A stretch of 57,930 nucleotides of DNA, counting the filler, from Sphacelaria rigidula (taxonomy: Eukaryota): NCBI GenBank assembly GCA_964200075.2. It is 9 parts of 9 records of this genome, joined end to end, with 100 filler letters (N's around TTAATTAATTAA, not from the genome) between each part and the next. Parts side by side here need not be neighbours in the genome. Positions count along the whole stretch, not along the records: positions 25,793 to 32,140 come from CAXNAA020020617.1; positions 32,241 to 38,588 come from CAXNAA020020618.1; positions 38,689 to 45,036 come from CAXNAA020020619.1; 6 more parts are not named here. One strand, given 5' to 3'. Under the pieces are notes generated by a model. That model did no database searches. It was given only the letters and a program-made list of their open reading frames with translations, and was not told the DNA's origin. How positions within the stretch are numbered: position 1 is the stretch's first letter; every line of letters starts with the position of its first letter. The position numbers and the translations under genes are program-made. Positions 25,994 to 38,954 of the stretch are shown piece after piece.

Positions 25994-28900
25994 TTATGAG
26001 TTGTCACAGTCACGCATGCTGTGGCCTTGTACATTGCAATTGATACATTTGTTGGCGTGGCGGCTGAAAGCGTCGTGTCTAGCCGAGTAAGACAGAAGCG
26101 GGTTCCTCAAATGGGGATCATCCGTCACAAAAGCTGTCATAGAGGTCAAATAAACATCGTCCCCATGTCTCTTCAGAGTACGGTCATGCGTCAAAGCTCG
26201 CGCAGAGTGCGTCTTTGTTACTTCTAACACTCATTACTGAACCGGCGACAGAGGCGGGGGTATATGTAGCACGAGATGAACTCGAATTCCGTCCGCGAGA
26301 CCCGTAGGTGTTCGCGGGGGAGACAGTGGCAGGCTGTGAATGCGAAGACAAATGTTTGTCACTCCGAATGGCCGGAGTGAGGGTGATTTCTTGATGGACA
26401 AAAGCTGTCCACATTGCGTCTACCGAGGCGTTTACGTAAGGCACCTCGCGGTATGCTAGTGCACCCGGAAACAACGACGACATCAATGCCGGAAACTTCT
26501 CAGACATACTCGTACGGACATAAGGCTGACACATAGAATCAAAGGCCCGCTCTGGCGTCCAGTTCCCAAAGTGTTGGAAACCAACAACTTGACCTGACGA
26601 AGGTACTCGGAAAAGGGAACGTCCGTGGCTACATCAAACGAGCTTAGACGCCAAATGGGGCTACCCTGCGTACTACGATCAAAGTAGCCAGTCAAACACC
26701 GCTCCAAATCACTGAGTATTGTCAGGCCAGTTTGCTCCGAGGCACGGTCCGAATCCATCGCTGCGACGAACCCGTCGATGATCTGCGTCAATGAAGAGGC
26801 AAGGTCAGGCGAGCGACGAGAGATGGCGCGGTGTAGGGCCTTGTGTTACGGCGTTTGCCAACCATCAACCCAAACGGGATCTTCGAATCGCTGAGCACCC
26901 CGTGCGATCCGCTAACTGCAGAATATTTGGTACAGTACGACGGATGGAGTGAATAAGACTCGAGGTAAACTGTCCTGAGTCCCTATTGTCCGCTTCAGAC
27001 ATGGTGTAAACATTCCAAAGTTTCTTCACATCCATCTGTATGTACTCTCTCTGGATAACAGCTACCCGAGCAGCCTCAGCCTTAGCTGCTGCTGCAGCCT
27101 CACGGGCTGCAGTCTGTGCTTGGCTAGCCGTGGCGGCAACTAAAGTGCGGGCCGAGGTCGAGGACGAAGTTCGATCTCTGCCATTAGTGTCAGACAAACC
27201 TAATAACTCCCGGGAAACATCTACTAAACGAGGTGTTTCTTGCCTGGCACTAATGTGGTTAACTGACGGCGGGTCCGTCGTTGACTCATTCCTGTGGCGG
27301 GGATTGCCGGACAAGCTGTTCGACGAGCCAGATCCCGTGCGTTTCCAGTTCGTGTGTTGTTTACTACAAATCCTTCGTGAATTAGATCCTCGTCGTCCTC
27401 CGCTGGAGGATCCGGAACCGTCGCGGCGACCCCCGCGTCCGCCACCCTGACGGTTATCATGGTCGCCGTGGTGTTTGTGCAGCCGACAGTTCGCGGTGAC
27501 CGGAGTCCTTTTGTCATCGTCATCGTTTTTGTCGTCGTCAGCGGAGGTGCCCGACTGAAACGCGTCCCGTAAGGCCTGCAAAAGGCTATGGACCGCCCTG
27601 CTGTAGGCGTTGGCACCATCATTGGGGTCCGTTTAGGCATGCGCCACAAGGTGGGCGAGCGTCAGGGCGCGTGGGTCTGCAACCGGGAGTTGCGCGCCTT
27701 GGTCCAGGTATAGACCCAAGGCAACTAAAGCCCTATGGTAGAGAGTAGTCCAAGCAGCCCTGGAGCTTTGTTGGGGATTGTACACCGAAAAGTCGGCGGA
27801 GAAATCTCGTACGGTATGCACAAGCCAAGTGACCTTGTGAGGGGAGAGGGAAAGGCAGGGTAAGTCCTCGATCGTCGCGTCGGGGATGCCGCCTTCCGAC
27901 TTACGGGGTATGCGGTACCCCGCAGACGGCGAAGAGACTGAGCCCGATGGTGGAGAAGCCTGAGTTGACGTTGCGCGAGCCCGAGCGGCCTGATGGTCGG
28001 ACAGCAAGGTCGCCGCGGACGCAGGGTGCTGAGCGGTCCGATGAATGCGGGTCCCCAGCTCCACAATCTTGCGTTGACTGGCTGCTGCTACCGATTGGTG
28101 TTCCTCGTGAACCCGATGGGCAGCGGAGTGGGCGGCAGTAGCTGTGTCCACGTTTCGCTGTAAACTGGTCTGCTGTGTCGCAAATTCCTCACGGAGGAGG
28201 CGTGATGCGTTTTCGTCAGCGGCGCGGGCATCTCGCACGTCGTGAGGTGTCGACGCCGCGACTGCCGGTGCCGGGGTGGTCACCGTAGGTGCCAGCGAGG
28301 GAGGGGCAACCGGGAGTACCGGCACCAGGATGACGGCTCGGTAACAAGCGATGATGCGGTCTTGTGTGTCTCTGTCGTGTTCCATAAAGAGGCCCGCGAG
28401 GTAGCCCGCGGGGCATGATATTTTGATGATTTGCGGCTGTTGCTGTGGCCTGACCGGGGACCGGTCAGCGGCTTGGACCCCGCCAACGGTCGCAGTGACG
28501 ACAGCAGGTCACAGCGGCCTGAGACCTGTCATTCAGATGGTCACCGCTGACGGCGGTAGTGGCGGCGGCAGGGGCTGCCGTCACAGCAGTCGAAGGTGCC
28601 GCTGCGGCGCTCGGGGCGACTGCGGAAGTGGCCGGAAAAGGAGTGGTCGTGGCAGGGACACCAGTAGTTGCCGCAGTGGTTGCCGAAGAGATGGTGGACG
28701 AAGTCGTTGATGAGTCCATGGTTTGTTTGATGAAGTGGTGCAGATCAGAAATCTGTCGTTATAACAAACGGATAATGGCGGCATCAGCAGCGGAACGGGA
28801 CGGGACATCGCGATGAGCTCGAGCTCGTCTATGATGACGCCGGGGCTCGTGAGGAGAGTCTTCGCTAGCTTTCCTTATCGAGGAAGCTGTGTCCGATGAT

Positions 28901-29112
28901 AGACCTAAAAGTATATTTCTCACGTCGTCCGCATGCACAATGTGGTCATTACGTGTTTGTTGTTGGCGCTGCGAGTGCCGAACGAATGGAGCACGACCAC
29001 TTGTGTGGCTATTGCTGAATGATTTCCCAGAACCATGTGAGGGTTGACGGCTGTGTTCTGGGCTACCCCCGGGAGAATGGCTGTCATTGTCATGCCTATT
29101 ACGCCGCGTCAA
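25994..29112 (-). mobile_element. Decayed retrotransposon gag-like ORF (frameshifted) ending in a CCHC zinc knuckle
   Basis: Chain of adjacent or overlapping minus-strand ORFs without evident introns. CINCNVQGHSMRDC = C-x2-C-x4-H-x4-C at ~26005-26050. Upstream helical segment FSEYLRQVKLLVSN is capsid-like (inference). No pol in this contig. Confidence 0.65.
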
Positions 29113-29689
29113 GTTATGATGGTGTGAGGCACGGGCTCCGCTTCCGTAGGGAGCGAAAGATGGACGAGAATTATCTCCATCCTGGCTTTTTCTCAGTGTT
29201 TATACAGACCGCGCAGTAGCGACTGGGGGGTCTTCATGTGCGGCGGCAACTTGTGTACTTTGAGCCTCACGGATAATTTTCGCGTAAGAGGGGCGTGCCT
29301 AAGTTTGTAGCGTGGCATCGTAGAACGTCTTGAGTGCCATGGCAAGATTTGTGCCAGGATCGTCAGAGGAACAAGGTGAAGCCTGGGTTAAACTCTGAAG
29401 TGCCAAAATCATGACCTCGACCATGGTTCCGGACCCAGATGATGGAGTGCGGCGCGTTGGGCTACCAGAGGTCGTGGAGTTGCGACTTTCAACAGAAGCA
29501 ACACACGTGGCAGTATTTCGAACGGCGGAAGTGTGCCGCTTCGGCTGGGACAGAGAAAGGTTAATTGCCTCCGAACTGGGCGCCAGGGGGGGACACACCG
29601 CTATGGGCTCCACTGAGGGCACCATCCTAGCCGCGGATCTCAGAACTGCATCCGGGGAAGCCTTCCTCAGTGAGGGGGGTGCTTAAGCA

Positions 29690-29990
29690 CGAGCCGGTAT
29701 CGAATCGTCACCGGATGTTACATCGTGGGACATGGGCGTTGCAGCCGCAGCCGGTATCGAATCGTCACGATATATTTCATCGTGGGACATGGACGTTGCA
29801 GCCGCAGCTGCTGTAGAGCCGCCACGGAATGGTACGTCGTGAGGCACTCTTGACTTCGCAATCCGCCGGCCTTCAAGTCCCGTAGATAGAGCAGCGTCTG
29901 ATGTCGAGCGGCCACGGAATGTTACGCCGTGAGGTAGTCTCGACTTCGCACTCCGCCGGTCTTCAAGTCCCCTAGATAGAGTAGCGCTCT
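29690..29990. repeat. Adjacent tandem duplications (~57-bp and ~90-bp units)
   Basis: gccggtatcgaatcgtca...catcgtgggacatgg twice; gccacggaat...cttcaagtccc.tagatagag twice. Confidence 0.75.
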
Positions 29991-30414
29991 TAGGTTGTTG
30001 TCGTAGAGCTGTAGGTGAAGCACCGCCTTTGCCCATGTGGCGAGAACGGTGAATAGTTTGGCTTCGTGTACGGCGGGGCCGTGTGCCTCCCGAAGCGGAG
30101 GAGGAAGCAGGGCTAATGGGTTACGACATAATAATATACGGTTCTGACAATTTCAGAACAGTCATTAGTACTATTTAGCGTGATCTATGAGCGCAAGTAG
30201 CTGAACGACAGCAGAAATATAGGTGAGGTCGGCGCCACGAGTGTCCTGACTTGAAATGTAGGGCAGTAGTGTGTCACCGGAAAAAGGAAAGGGCGCTCGT
30301 GCCCGAAGGAATGTTCCAATTAGGGAACAATGTTGCGATTCAATAATTAAGGACATCACAGTACGAGCAACAACACTATACTTTTCGATCATTAATATAT
30401 CGTGAAGGCGGGGG

Positions 30415-30620
30415 CAGCCTACTGTCTGTACTCTGGAAAACGATGTGCCGGTGAAAGCAGAGAAATTGCTGCACTCAGTCAACGCTGCGCCGCGGCGCAA
30501 AGCCAAACAGGTGGAAACGAGGACAGCCACTGTCTGTACTCTGGAAAACGATGTGCCGGTGAAAGCAGAGGAAAAGTCTGCACTAAGTCAATGCTGTGCC
30601 GCGGCGCAAAATGTCTCGGG
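30415..30620. repeat. ~108-bp tandem duplication
   Basis: actgtctgtactctggaaaacgatgtgccggtgaaagcagag at ~30421 and ~30529. Confidence 0.8.
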
Positions 30621-32140
30621 AATTTTGAGTTGAGAGATTATCAATGTATGAAAATATCACGGTTGTCTGAGCTGTAAGATTCAATAATTACGTTTGTGCT
30701 TGTACGGCGCTGCTCAAAAGATGTGCGAAGCACACTGGAAAGACAAGAAAACAGGTCACACGTTGACGCCGTTTGCGACACAGCAAGGATGCCAGAACGG
30801 GTACAAGTCCCGTGTATAGTTCTTGCAGTCACCTGGGAGGGGAAAGGGATGTATCACGAACGGGTCCGTGTGAAAATGCAAAATACCGTGAACAGGAAAT
30901 ACCGAGGTGCGAAACCGCCAGGTTGCGCTGCTGGCAAAAGGTCTACAGAGCAGGAGCAGCAGCAGAGGGTGTAACAACGATGCACCCTGTGCGGTGATCC
31001 CGTAACAATATTATAGGGGAAAACTTCTCCTGTCTGAAAGAACGAGCAACAGGACAATGTACTCGAGCCAGCGATGCCTGAGTGTGCGGGTCTGTCTGCA
31101 CGGGCGACCGTAGATTTTTTGTGCATGTACCGATTTTGCGAAAAAATGCACAGCAAGAAGGGGGGCTGATGCGTTTGGCGTCGCAATTGACATAGCATGG
31201 AACAAGGCGTGCAAGTAAACGCTGCAGGAACAGCAAGAGTCACAAGTCGCAAGCAAAATGCACAGAGTAATACAGGGGAGGGGGGGGGGGGGGGGCTGGG
31301 GGGAGAGGCTACCAACTGACTACAGGGCGGAGAGGAGGTTGGCGACGGCACGAANNNNNNNNNNAGATGGGGGAGGGGTGGGGGTGTGGGGGGAGGGGCT
31401 GTGGGCAGTAGCTACCAACTGACTACCGAGCCGAGTAGAGATTGGCGACGCAACGAAACGAAGACCGGAACTTGGGAACGTGTCGGGTGTGGACCTCGCG
31501 CACTAGGTGCGACAGAGGAAACAGTCTATTCTCAAGTGAAAACACAATGTCAAAAAAAGAAGAGTCTCCTTAGTCAAACGCCAGTGTGATGGGGTTCAGC
31601 CGGGTGTATGGCGAACACACTTCACTGGGCAAGGCAGAGGGCCGGACAAGAGGCCTAACAAACGGCTGCGAGGCAGAACAGTTCTGCAGCGCACCAAAAA
31701 ACGCTAGCAATGTTCCTTTGTTTTATTTGTCCAAGGGTATCAGAGTTGGTTTCACGCGTAGGCGTGATAGTATCTCTTCTTGAATCCTTCGTCTCCCTAG
31801 TACTCTCAGTACTCAATCTCTCTTGCTCAATCAATGAGTCTCACCGAGATGTGAGAGTTTCCTTGGTCGGGATGGGGCAAAGTGAAGCTGAGCGGGGTCA
31901 GCTTTCTCATCTATCCCTGCTATAAACAAGTTCGCACTCGTATCTGACTCTAAAAATACCTGCAGTATGAAAAATAGCCTGATGTGGTGAGCTCAAATTT
32001 CAGTGAATCATTAGATTGGAACATAGCGGGTGAAAACAGTGACCGTGAGTAAAAGGGATGTAAAAGGGTATAACAACAAATTGTGCGAATTGAGGTTTAA
32101 CTCCGAGATGAGGTTCAAGCCTAAAACAGTGCTTTCCCCA

Positions 32141-32240
32141 NNNNNNNNNNNNNNNNNNNNNNNNNNNNNNNNNNNNNNNNNNNNTTAATTAATTAANNNN
32201 NNNNNNNNNNNNNNNNNNNNNNNNNNNNNNNNNNNNNNNN
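32141..32240. other. Artificial contig linker
   Basis: 44N-TTAATTAATTAA-44N. Confidence 0.98.
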
Positions 32241-32315
32241 GGATCGCTCCGGGAATCGCTCCCCACAACTCAACCGTCAGAAGGTTACGAGGTTACCAAC
32301 TGAGCCACCGGGGCG
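32241..32315 (-). mobile_element. tRNA-derived SINE-like head (truncated by contig end)
   Basis: Minus strand GCCCCGGTGGCTCAGTTGGTAA...GGGGAGCGATTCCC: clear Pol III A-box, degenerate B-box, no complete cloverleaf. Confidence 0.5.
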
Positions 32316-33559
32316 TGCACCCACATATACCGGAAGGTATAGACCGGCGTCCGGAATAGAGGGGATGACAACGCACCCACACATCTTGTAGGCCGAAAAA
32401 CAACATCTCAGTACGTCCAGCAGTTGTAACACACAAACAGCTTCAAGCTCCACTGATGGCGAGCATGATGCCTTGCGCGGGGGGTATTACAGTGTTTGTA
32501 CAGCAGTATTACTGCAGAGCTGTGTAACATGGCGGAGGTGTCGCACCATCTTAAGGCCAAGCTGGTCTGGATGAACGAGTTTGGTTCAGGGAAAACAAAA
32601 CAAATTTGCATGACAGACTTCATGTAACGTTGCAGAAGCTGCCGACGAGCGCATGTCAGATGTCTATTGCTGGGTAGGACGAATGTAGGTACTTGAGTTT
32701 CACTGGTGGTGAGAGAATCACTTACAGCAATACAGAGTATAGTACAGTATGCGTGATCTTGTGTCTTTTTTCCTTGTTTTGTTTTTTGCTTCCGAGATGT
32801 GACGTGTGTGTGGCGTGCATGTGTTGGGTTGGCCGCTCTGTTCAGATGATGTGGGGATAACTTCGATAACGTGGAATATGTCGATTTTTTAACAAGGGGG
32901 GATCGTGCTGGATGTGGGTCCCGTAGCGCACAATAATATGGTATAAACGATATGAATACTCTTTCAACACTTTGATTAGGGACCACGGTACAACTGGCCC
33001 TTCAAAGACTGTCAATAACCCATATATTCGGTTCAAAATAGGTTTTCTCATAGACCGACTGTTCGGTTCAAGAGAAAACCTCTCTTGAACCGATTTAGTA
33101 GAAGGTCGTGTTTAAGAGAGGTTTTCTTGATCTGCTACACCCCTCTCTTGAACCGTGACCCCCACTGTATCGCCTACTGTATGAGTGTTCGCCGCGATAC
33201 CCCACCCCTCCACCCCTCACGCCCCGAATAGAAGAGAGAAATAGTTGCAAACCTAATTTCTTGTGGCGGGCATCTGATTCATGAAAAGATACCTTTGGAC
33301 TTTTTCAAAATCGTTTGGGCTGTTCCAGAAGTCAGGTTCCTTGTACTTGGGGTAACATAAGGGTGCGGCGCAACCTCTCCGCAATGCTTCTGTATTGTAC
33401 TGCACGAGACTGCTGACGTGCCCTCATTACATGCACAGGATCACACACGTCACACGGGGGGAAAGTATGCAGTGTATTGTACAGCACATACTACATCACT
33501 TTTGCTGATTGAGTAGATTTCGGCCGAGCCCGTGTGTCTAACATTTTCACACGTAGGAC

Positions 33560-34030
33560 AGCTCATGAGCTAGCTCATCTGCGGGCCGTAGCTTACTTGT
33601 AGTGGAAAATGTACACGTGAGCTACGTCCGGTAGCTTACCCAGGACGAATATGAGCTGATGAGCTACGAGTTGGTAGCTCACCCGGGACAAACATGCGTA
33701 GCTCATGCAGCTCTCATAGCTCACCCAGGGAGAATCTGAGCTGATGAGCTACGGCTTTGGTAGCTCATCCAGGACAAACATGCGTAGCTCATGCAGCTCT
33801 CATAGCTCACCCAGGACGGATATGAGCTGATGAGCTACGGGTTGGTAGCTCGCCTATGGCAAACGCGTGTAGCTCATACAGCTCCCATAGCTCACCCAGG
33901 ATGTACATGAGCTGATGAGCTTCGGGTTGGTAGCTCACATAATGCAAACATGTGTAGCTCATACAGCTCTGGTAGCCCACCCAGGAAAAACATGCGTAGC
34001 TCATGTAGCTCTCATAGCTCACTAGGGAGC
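33560..34030. repeat. AGCT-rich satellite, ~85-86-bp unit, ~4.5 copies
   Basis: gagctgatgagct at 33653, 33738, 33824 and 33909; units built from AGCTC/GAGCT sub-motifs. Confidence 0.9.
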
Positions 34031-37000
34031 TACGCTGAAAAAGAGGTAGCTCGAGTTACATGGAGCTGATCTGTCCGACGTGTGAACATTTCGGATCTGG
34101 GACGAGATCATTACGGAACAGTTGGGATTTGAGCAACAAACGCAAGATGGGGGAATAGGAATCGCCACCAACGGAGTTCCATTCTTGCCTGTCTCGCCTT
34201 CTTCTTGACGCTTACTGACAATTATCATTCCCATGAACGCTTGGTGGCAGTTCTCCAGGATGGGCTCATTCTTCCGGCAGAACAAATTGTAGTGGCATCT
34301 GCTTTACGGTCTAGGTACAGCATGAATTTTAGCATCCCAGTCTTTACCCAAAGCGCATTTATTTTATTTTTCCTCACACCGCCGAAACTTTACGGTATCG
34401 GTGTGTACGGCCCATATGACAACTGTGTACACTTCTTGGCGATTCAAGCTTCCCATCATTACCATCGCCTTTCGCTTTTTACATCAGCCCATAAAAAGTG
34501 AAGCTACACCAAAAGACGTTTCAACCATCTGTAGTATGAGTCATGTGGTGTCCAACGCATCATTTTTTTTTTTTTTCTCGCTGGCCGGCTGACCGTTCGA
34601 GCGATTGCGCGGCGTTCCTCATCGGTTCAAGACTCATCATCCTGAAACAGGCTTATTGGGAAGTTCTTGCTCTCCAGAGTTTTCGATGTGACTCGAACCT
34701 TGGCGCTTAGTTGAAAATCACTTTCCCGAAATCACTTTCTCGAATCTGATTCAATTTGAACCCGCACCGACCACTCAACGGCGGATACTCACGGCGGGGT
34801 CGGTATTCCGTGCATTCTGCATGTGGGGAGCTGTGATGCATATCCACCGCATGATCGATTGGGTCGTACCAAAAATCCGATATACTGGTCCCGGATATCG
34901 CAAGAACTGACAGGAAAGGAAAAAAATAATACCGTCCGTAGTAGTTGTCTTCTACACGGGTGTTCCCCCGTCCTCTATCTGAAGGGGAATGGCTGCTTCT
35001 ACAAGCGTCGAAACCCATCATACGACACGTAGTGCTCCCGAACATGTACCAATACGCTGTGAACAGCCAAGCCGGTGTTCCAGGTGCTGTGGGCAAAAAT
35101 TGAAAGAAGAAAACAAACAGTTATACACTCCTTCAAGACAATGTTTTGCCTTTGTCTCGGAACTGCACCGCAGAAACATACATCGGCTTGGCCGAACATC
35201 GCAGTAGTTTCATGCGGACACAGCACTAAGCAGCTCTCCGAAACTCGGGGTACTTCTCGAGGGGTTTTCGGTCAAAATCGGCAGCCTCGCTCAGGGCACG
35301 TCAAGGATTGTGCTGGGTTCGGCCTCGGCCTGCGGTGTGCTGTTCCAACACGAAGCAATCGAAGCGGTCATTCTTTGGTGCAAAGGAGGGGCCTGAGAGG
35401 TGAAATTGACTCCTGTTTGAGCCCTCTTGCGGCAGGGGTTGTACACCAAACAGAGAAGACATGCTAGTAGTCGATGCAGCCATGACACAACGATTGATTC
35501 CGCTCAGCTATCAATCACGACTCCTGTAGATCACAGCAGATTCCACGCAGCTCGTGGTCTCGTCCTTGCAAGCCAGGCAGCGCAGCGCATGGTACGTTGC
35601 TTCCTGTGAGAACGGCGTGCTGCAGTCAGCGCTGCAGGTAGCACAGGTTCAGCATACATAGCAGTGCAGCTCATACAGTACAGTGCCGTAGCGACATGTA
35701 TTCAGTTAGTTTTTGATATCACTCTGGACATGAAACAGTTTGCCCTTATCACCCAACATTCACTCATCCACAAATCTTCACGCCCGGATCTTGGAGTGAT
35801 CACACTCTACGAATTTGCATAGATATACTATGAAGCATTACACGACTTTGTATGTATGAGCGGTGTTTTCCGTGTTTTTGTTTCTTCGCCAGTCATCGGG
35901 GGTCCCAGAAATGCTCGTCTGTGCAAAGCTTCAGAGTCTAACTTCAATGACGGCATTTGTGCTTTCGTGCAAAAAAGCGAGCATGAAATGTTTATGTTCC
36001 AACTCCTAGCTACTTGATTTTAGCGTGCAAACGTCTTTTTCGAGTATGTAAAACCCCAATGTGAGAAAAATGTGCATCAGATTTTCGAATTTCGCAACCA
36101 AACTTTATACATTCGTTCCTTGCATTACCCCAAGACACGTAATTGTACCCGTCTTTGCTTTGAGGCATTCTGTACCGGGTTCCGGGGGGTTTCACGCTAG
36201 GACCCCCGGAAGCCAGTACAGAGCGGAAAAACTTTTTCACATCTCGAGCGATACATTTTTTCCATTTGGAGCACCATTACCTTCCGAACTGCCAAGTGTG
36301 AGGGTGGCTGGAGCTTTCCTGCGATAGAATGTCAGGAGCCTTCCTGAGTCTTCCGGTTCATCCGTGTGCCGTCTTTCTATTTTCAAATTAAAAGGAGATT
36401 CCGAACGGGCCGCAACCGCAAAGTTAGTACCACTTTTCACTACAGCGCTAACCCTTCGAAGGTGCTTCCGCGTCTTGACCGTCGATACCTCCCATGCCAT
36501 GCATGCGCCGTGATTGTTATACCACGAGTTGGAAAAATATTGCCCGCACATAGCTGTGTGGGAGCAGATGTTGTCCATGCAAGGACGATGATGGCAAAGC
36601 GTTTTGTTTCGCTACAGACGGTACGGAGATGGTACAGTAGTAGCATTTCTCTATTTTTTCTCTGCTGTGATATTACGTGAGATGCTGTTGGATCGGCGAA
36701 CAGGGGTCCGTTAGCCGTCGTGGAAGAAAACACGATATATCTATATAAACATATATATATTTATATATAGTTGTCGCTCTGTTGCCCTTTTTTCTGTTTT
36801 TTTTTTTTCTTCAGCAAGTGTTTCAGTTTGTTTTGTCTTGGGTACGTCCGTCATGTGACCACGGCTGGATCCATGGGGGGTCAGCTAAAGTACGACAATC
36901 AACCAATCAAAAATATCAATCGTATGGCCGATATCGAGCTCGGAGTTCTTCCCCCCCCCCCTATATTGCCAATGCACCCCCGCACCGTGTATCAGGTCTC

Positions 37001-37418
37001 GGTCTGACTGTTGCGGTGTTGTCGAACCTCCCTGCTGTGAAAGTTGAAGGATCGAAGATCGGTACCGTAGCATGGCAGACACTCCATCACGTGAAGAAGA
37101 CCGAAGCGGGTATAGTGAGCAAATCCCCGGGGAGCTAGGGGGAGCAGCGAGCGAGCGCAACAAACCTGAACGGGCGGACAGAACAATGGTGAATGAGGAC
37201 GAAGCTGAAGGGCAGGAAGGTGTCGATGATGACGAGGTACGGTCATGGAATTGTGGTTATTTGGTCGATGCCAGGTATGTGTGAGTGCTACTTCGCTACG
37301 GTCGTGGTATCGGTGTGAAGTCGCTAGACTCTTGGGATCTTCCGGGAGGCAGGTAGCTGTTTTAACACGGCTGCCGAAGGATCTCCAAAGCGAGGCATAT
37401 TTTCTCTCTTGGTGTTTA

Positions 37419-38210
37419 GGGCGTGTCTTGGAGATTTTATTTTTTTTTCGATCGAAAAAAAATGGCGGTGTAGTTGATTTGAGCGATATTCACTCATTTT
37501 TCGCGAGTCAGGTCCAAGCAAATTTTCCAGCTCTCGATCGGAAATTGACAGTGGAAGTCGTGGAGAGGTACTTGCTCGCTCGTCTACAGTTCAGTACTGT
37601 AATGTCTGCGCTGCATGCATATACAGTGTGCCTCAGTGTGTGAGTGCGTGTTTCGTACAGTGGTATGATGTGAAAGAGAAGCGGGCGACGTGCAGTGCAG
37701 AGACAGCGCAGGAATATCTGTTCTCCCTGCATACGATGCGACGTGAAAAGGACTTGGACAACGTGCAGCTTTGTACTGCCTGCACTATCCATAAGCCTGT
37801 ACGCAAGTCGGTTGCCAACCCTACTACGCAGTTCCGCCGTCGATCTCTACCCTGAAAGATGCTCCTCAAGTTTCCACCAACAAGAAATGAACAAACCACG
37901 CTCATACTACTGCAGGGTTGCGGTGGTGGCTGAGAGTGAGTTGTGTGGGATTTGCATGGTTGTGTGAACGGGTCTTACCTGGCGTGGTGGTCTCCGAGAT
38001 AGGAGTCACGTGTGCCTTCGTGCCTCTCGACCGCATGTTTTTTATCAAGAAACCTCAGCTTTTTTGCTTTTACTTCTTCTCCGTACGCCACTAATTATAC
38101 CAGAAAAATTAAACCAAATAAGAACATAAATGCGGTGAACCTATCAGATCTAAAGATTTCTTCTCTACCGCTTTTTTTCGATCGAAAAAGAAACGTGCTA
38201 AGACACGCCC
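37419..38210. mobile_element. PIF/Harbinger-like MITE, copy 3 (more diverged)
   Basis: Perfect 11-bp TIR GGGCGTGTCTT / AAGACACGCCC; TSD TTA on both sides. Confidence 0.85.
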
Positions 38211-38588
38211 TTAGAGCAAGGTTTGGCCGTCAACCGGGGTGGATAGGTAGCGGAACCAAGCAATGTTCAGGGTGCTGAGTAAGAGTGATCGATTCCCCAG
38301 GGCTCGATTGTGGCTTCATGATTTTGAATTATTGATACCGTCGAGACCTGTTACCTGGGGTAACAGGAACCCATCTGTACAGATATTAGAGTTCTGGACC
38401 TCTCAACATGTCATTACTGGACCTGCTGCCACAGTACAGCGTATTCATCTCTGGCTTACATGAGCATACAAGTAGTCATCCCGCACATACAAATCGGCTA
38501 GATTCCATATCACCCCCTCCCCCCCCCCGTTAGCCATGTGCGGCCAGTACCCAGCGCGCCCCTGCCCGGCTTTTTACTGGCGGTACCC

Positions 38589-38688
38589 NNNNNNNNNNNN
38601 NNNNNNNNNNNNNNNNNNNNNNNNNNNNNNNNTTAATTAATTAANNNNNNNNNNNNNNNNNNNNNNNNNNNNNNNNNNNNNNNNNNNN
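38589..38688. other. Artificial contig linker
   Basis: 44N-TTAATTAATTAA-44N. Confidence 0.98.
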
Positions 38689-38819
38689 GGGATTCATCGC
38701 CCGTTTCATAATCAGCTTGTTAGTTGGTACCTCCCCCCCCCCCCCTCCCCGTACGGACTAGCTGGACCGAGTTGTACGGTAATGCCAGGCCGGTACCTCC
38801 ATGTTGCTTACGTCCGCAC

Positions 38820-38954
38820 CTCGTTTCCGTCATTGTCCAGCTTCTTCACCATCTCACACTTTCCGATGCGTTCGTGCTGACAGATGTTGACAAAAACCTT
38901 GATGCCTGACTCCATCACTTTGGATTTGATCACGAAGCCAGGCCTGGGCGAGAT
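38820..38954 (-). CDS. PIH1: PIH1-domain protein (PIH1D1/kintoun family), exon 4; gene continues beyond the contig
   Basis: tatcag|ATC...GAG|GTGCGG; translates ISPRPGFVIKSKVMESGIKVFVNICQHERIGKCEMVKKLDNDGNE, carrying the PIH1-N signature PxPGFVIK...KVFVNIC. Not shown in the ORF track. Confidence 0.9.

Noticed and set aside
32241..32315. Functional tRNA gene
   Set aside because: T-arm/B-box is degenerate and the acceptor stem does not close; treated as SINE-like.
33653..33930. Tandem hammerhead ribozymes (CTGATGA followed by a stem-loop)
   Set aside because: The hairpin is followed by TCAC/TCAT/TCGC, not the required GAAA, and no stem I/III with a cleavage triplet was found.
34020..36700. Short ORFs as exons of a gene
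   Set aside because: No recognisable motifs and no phase-consistent chain; left uncalled.
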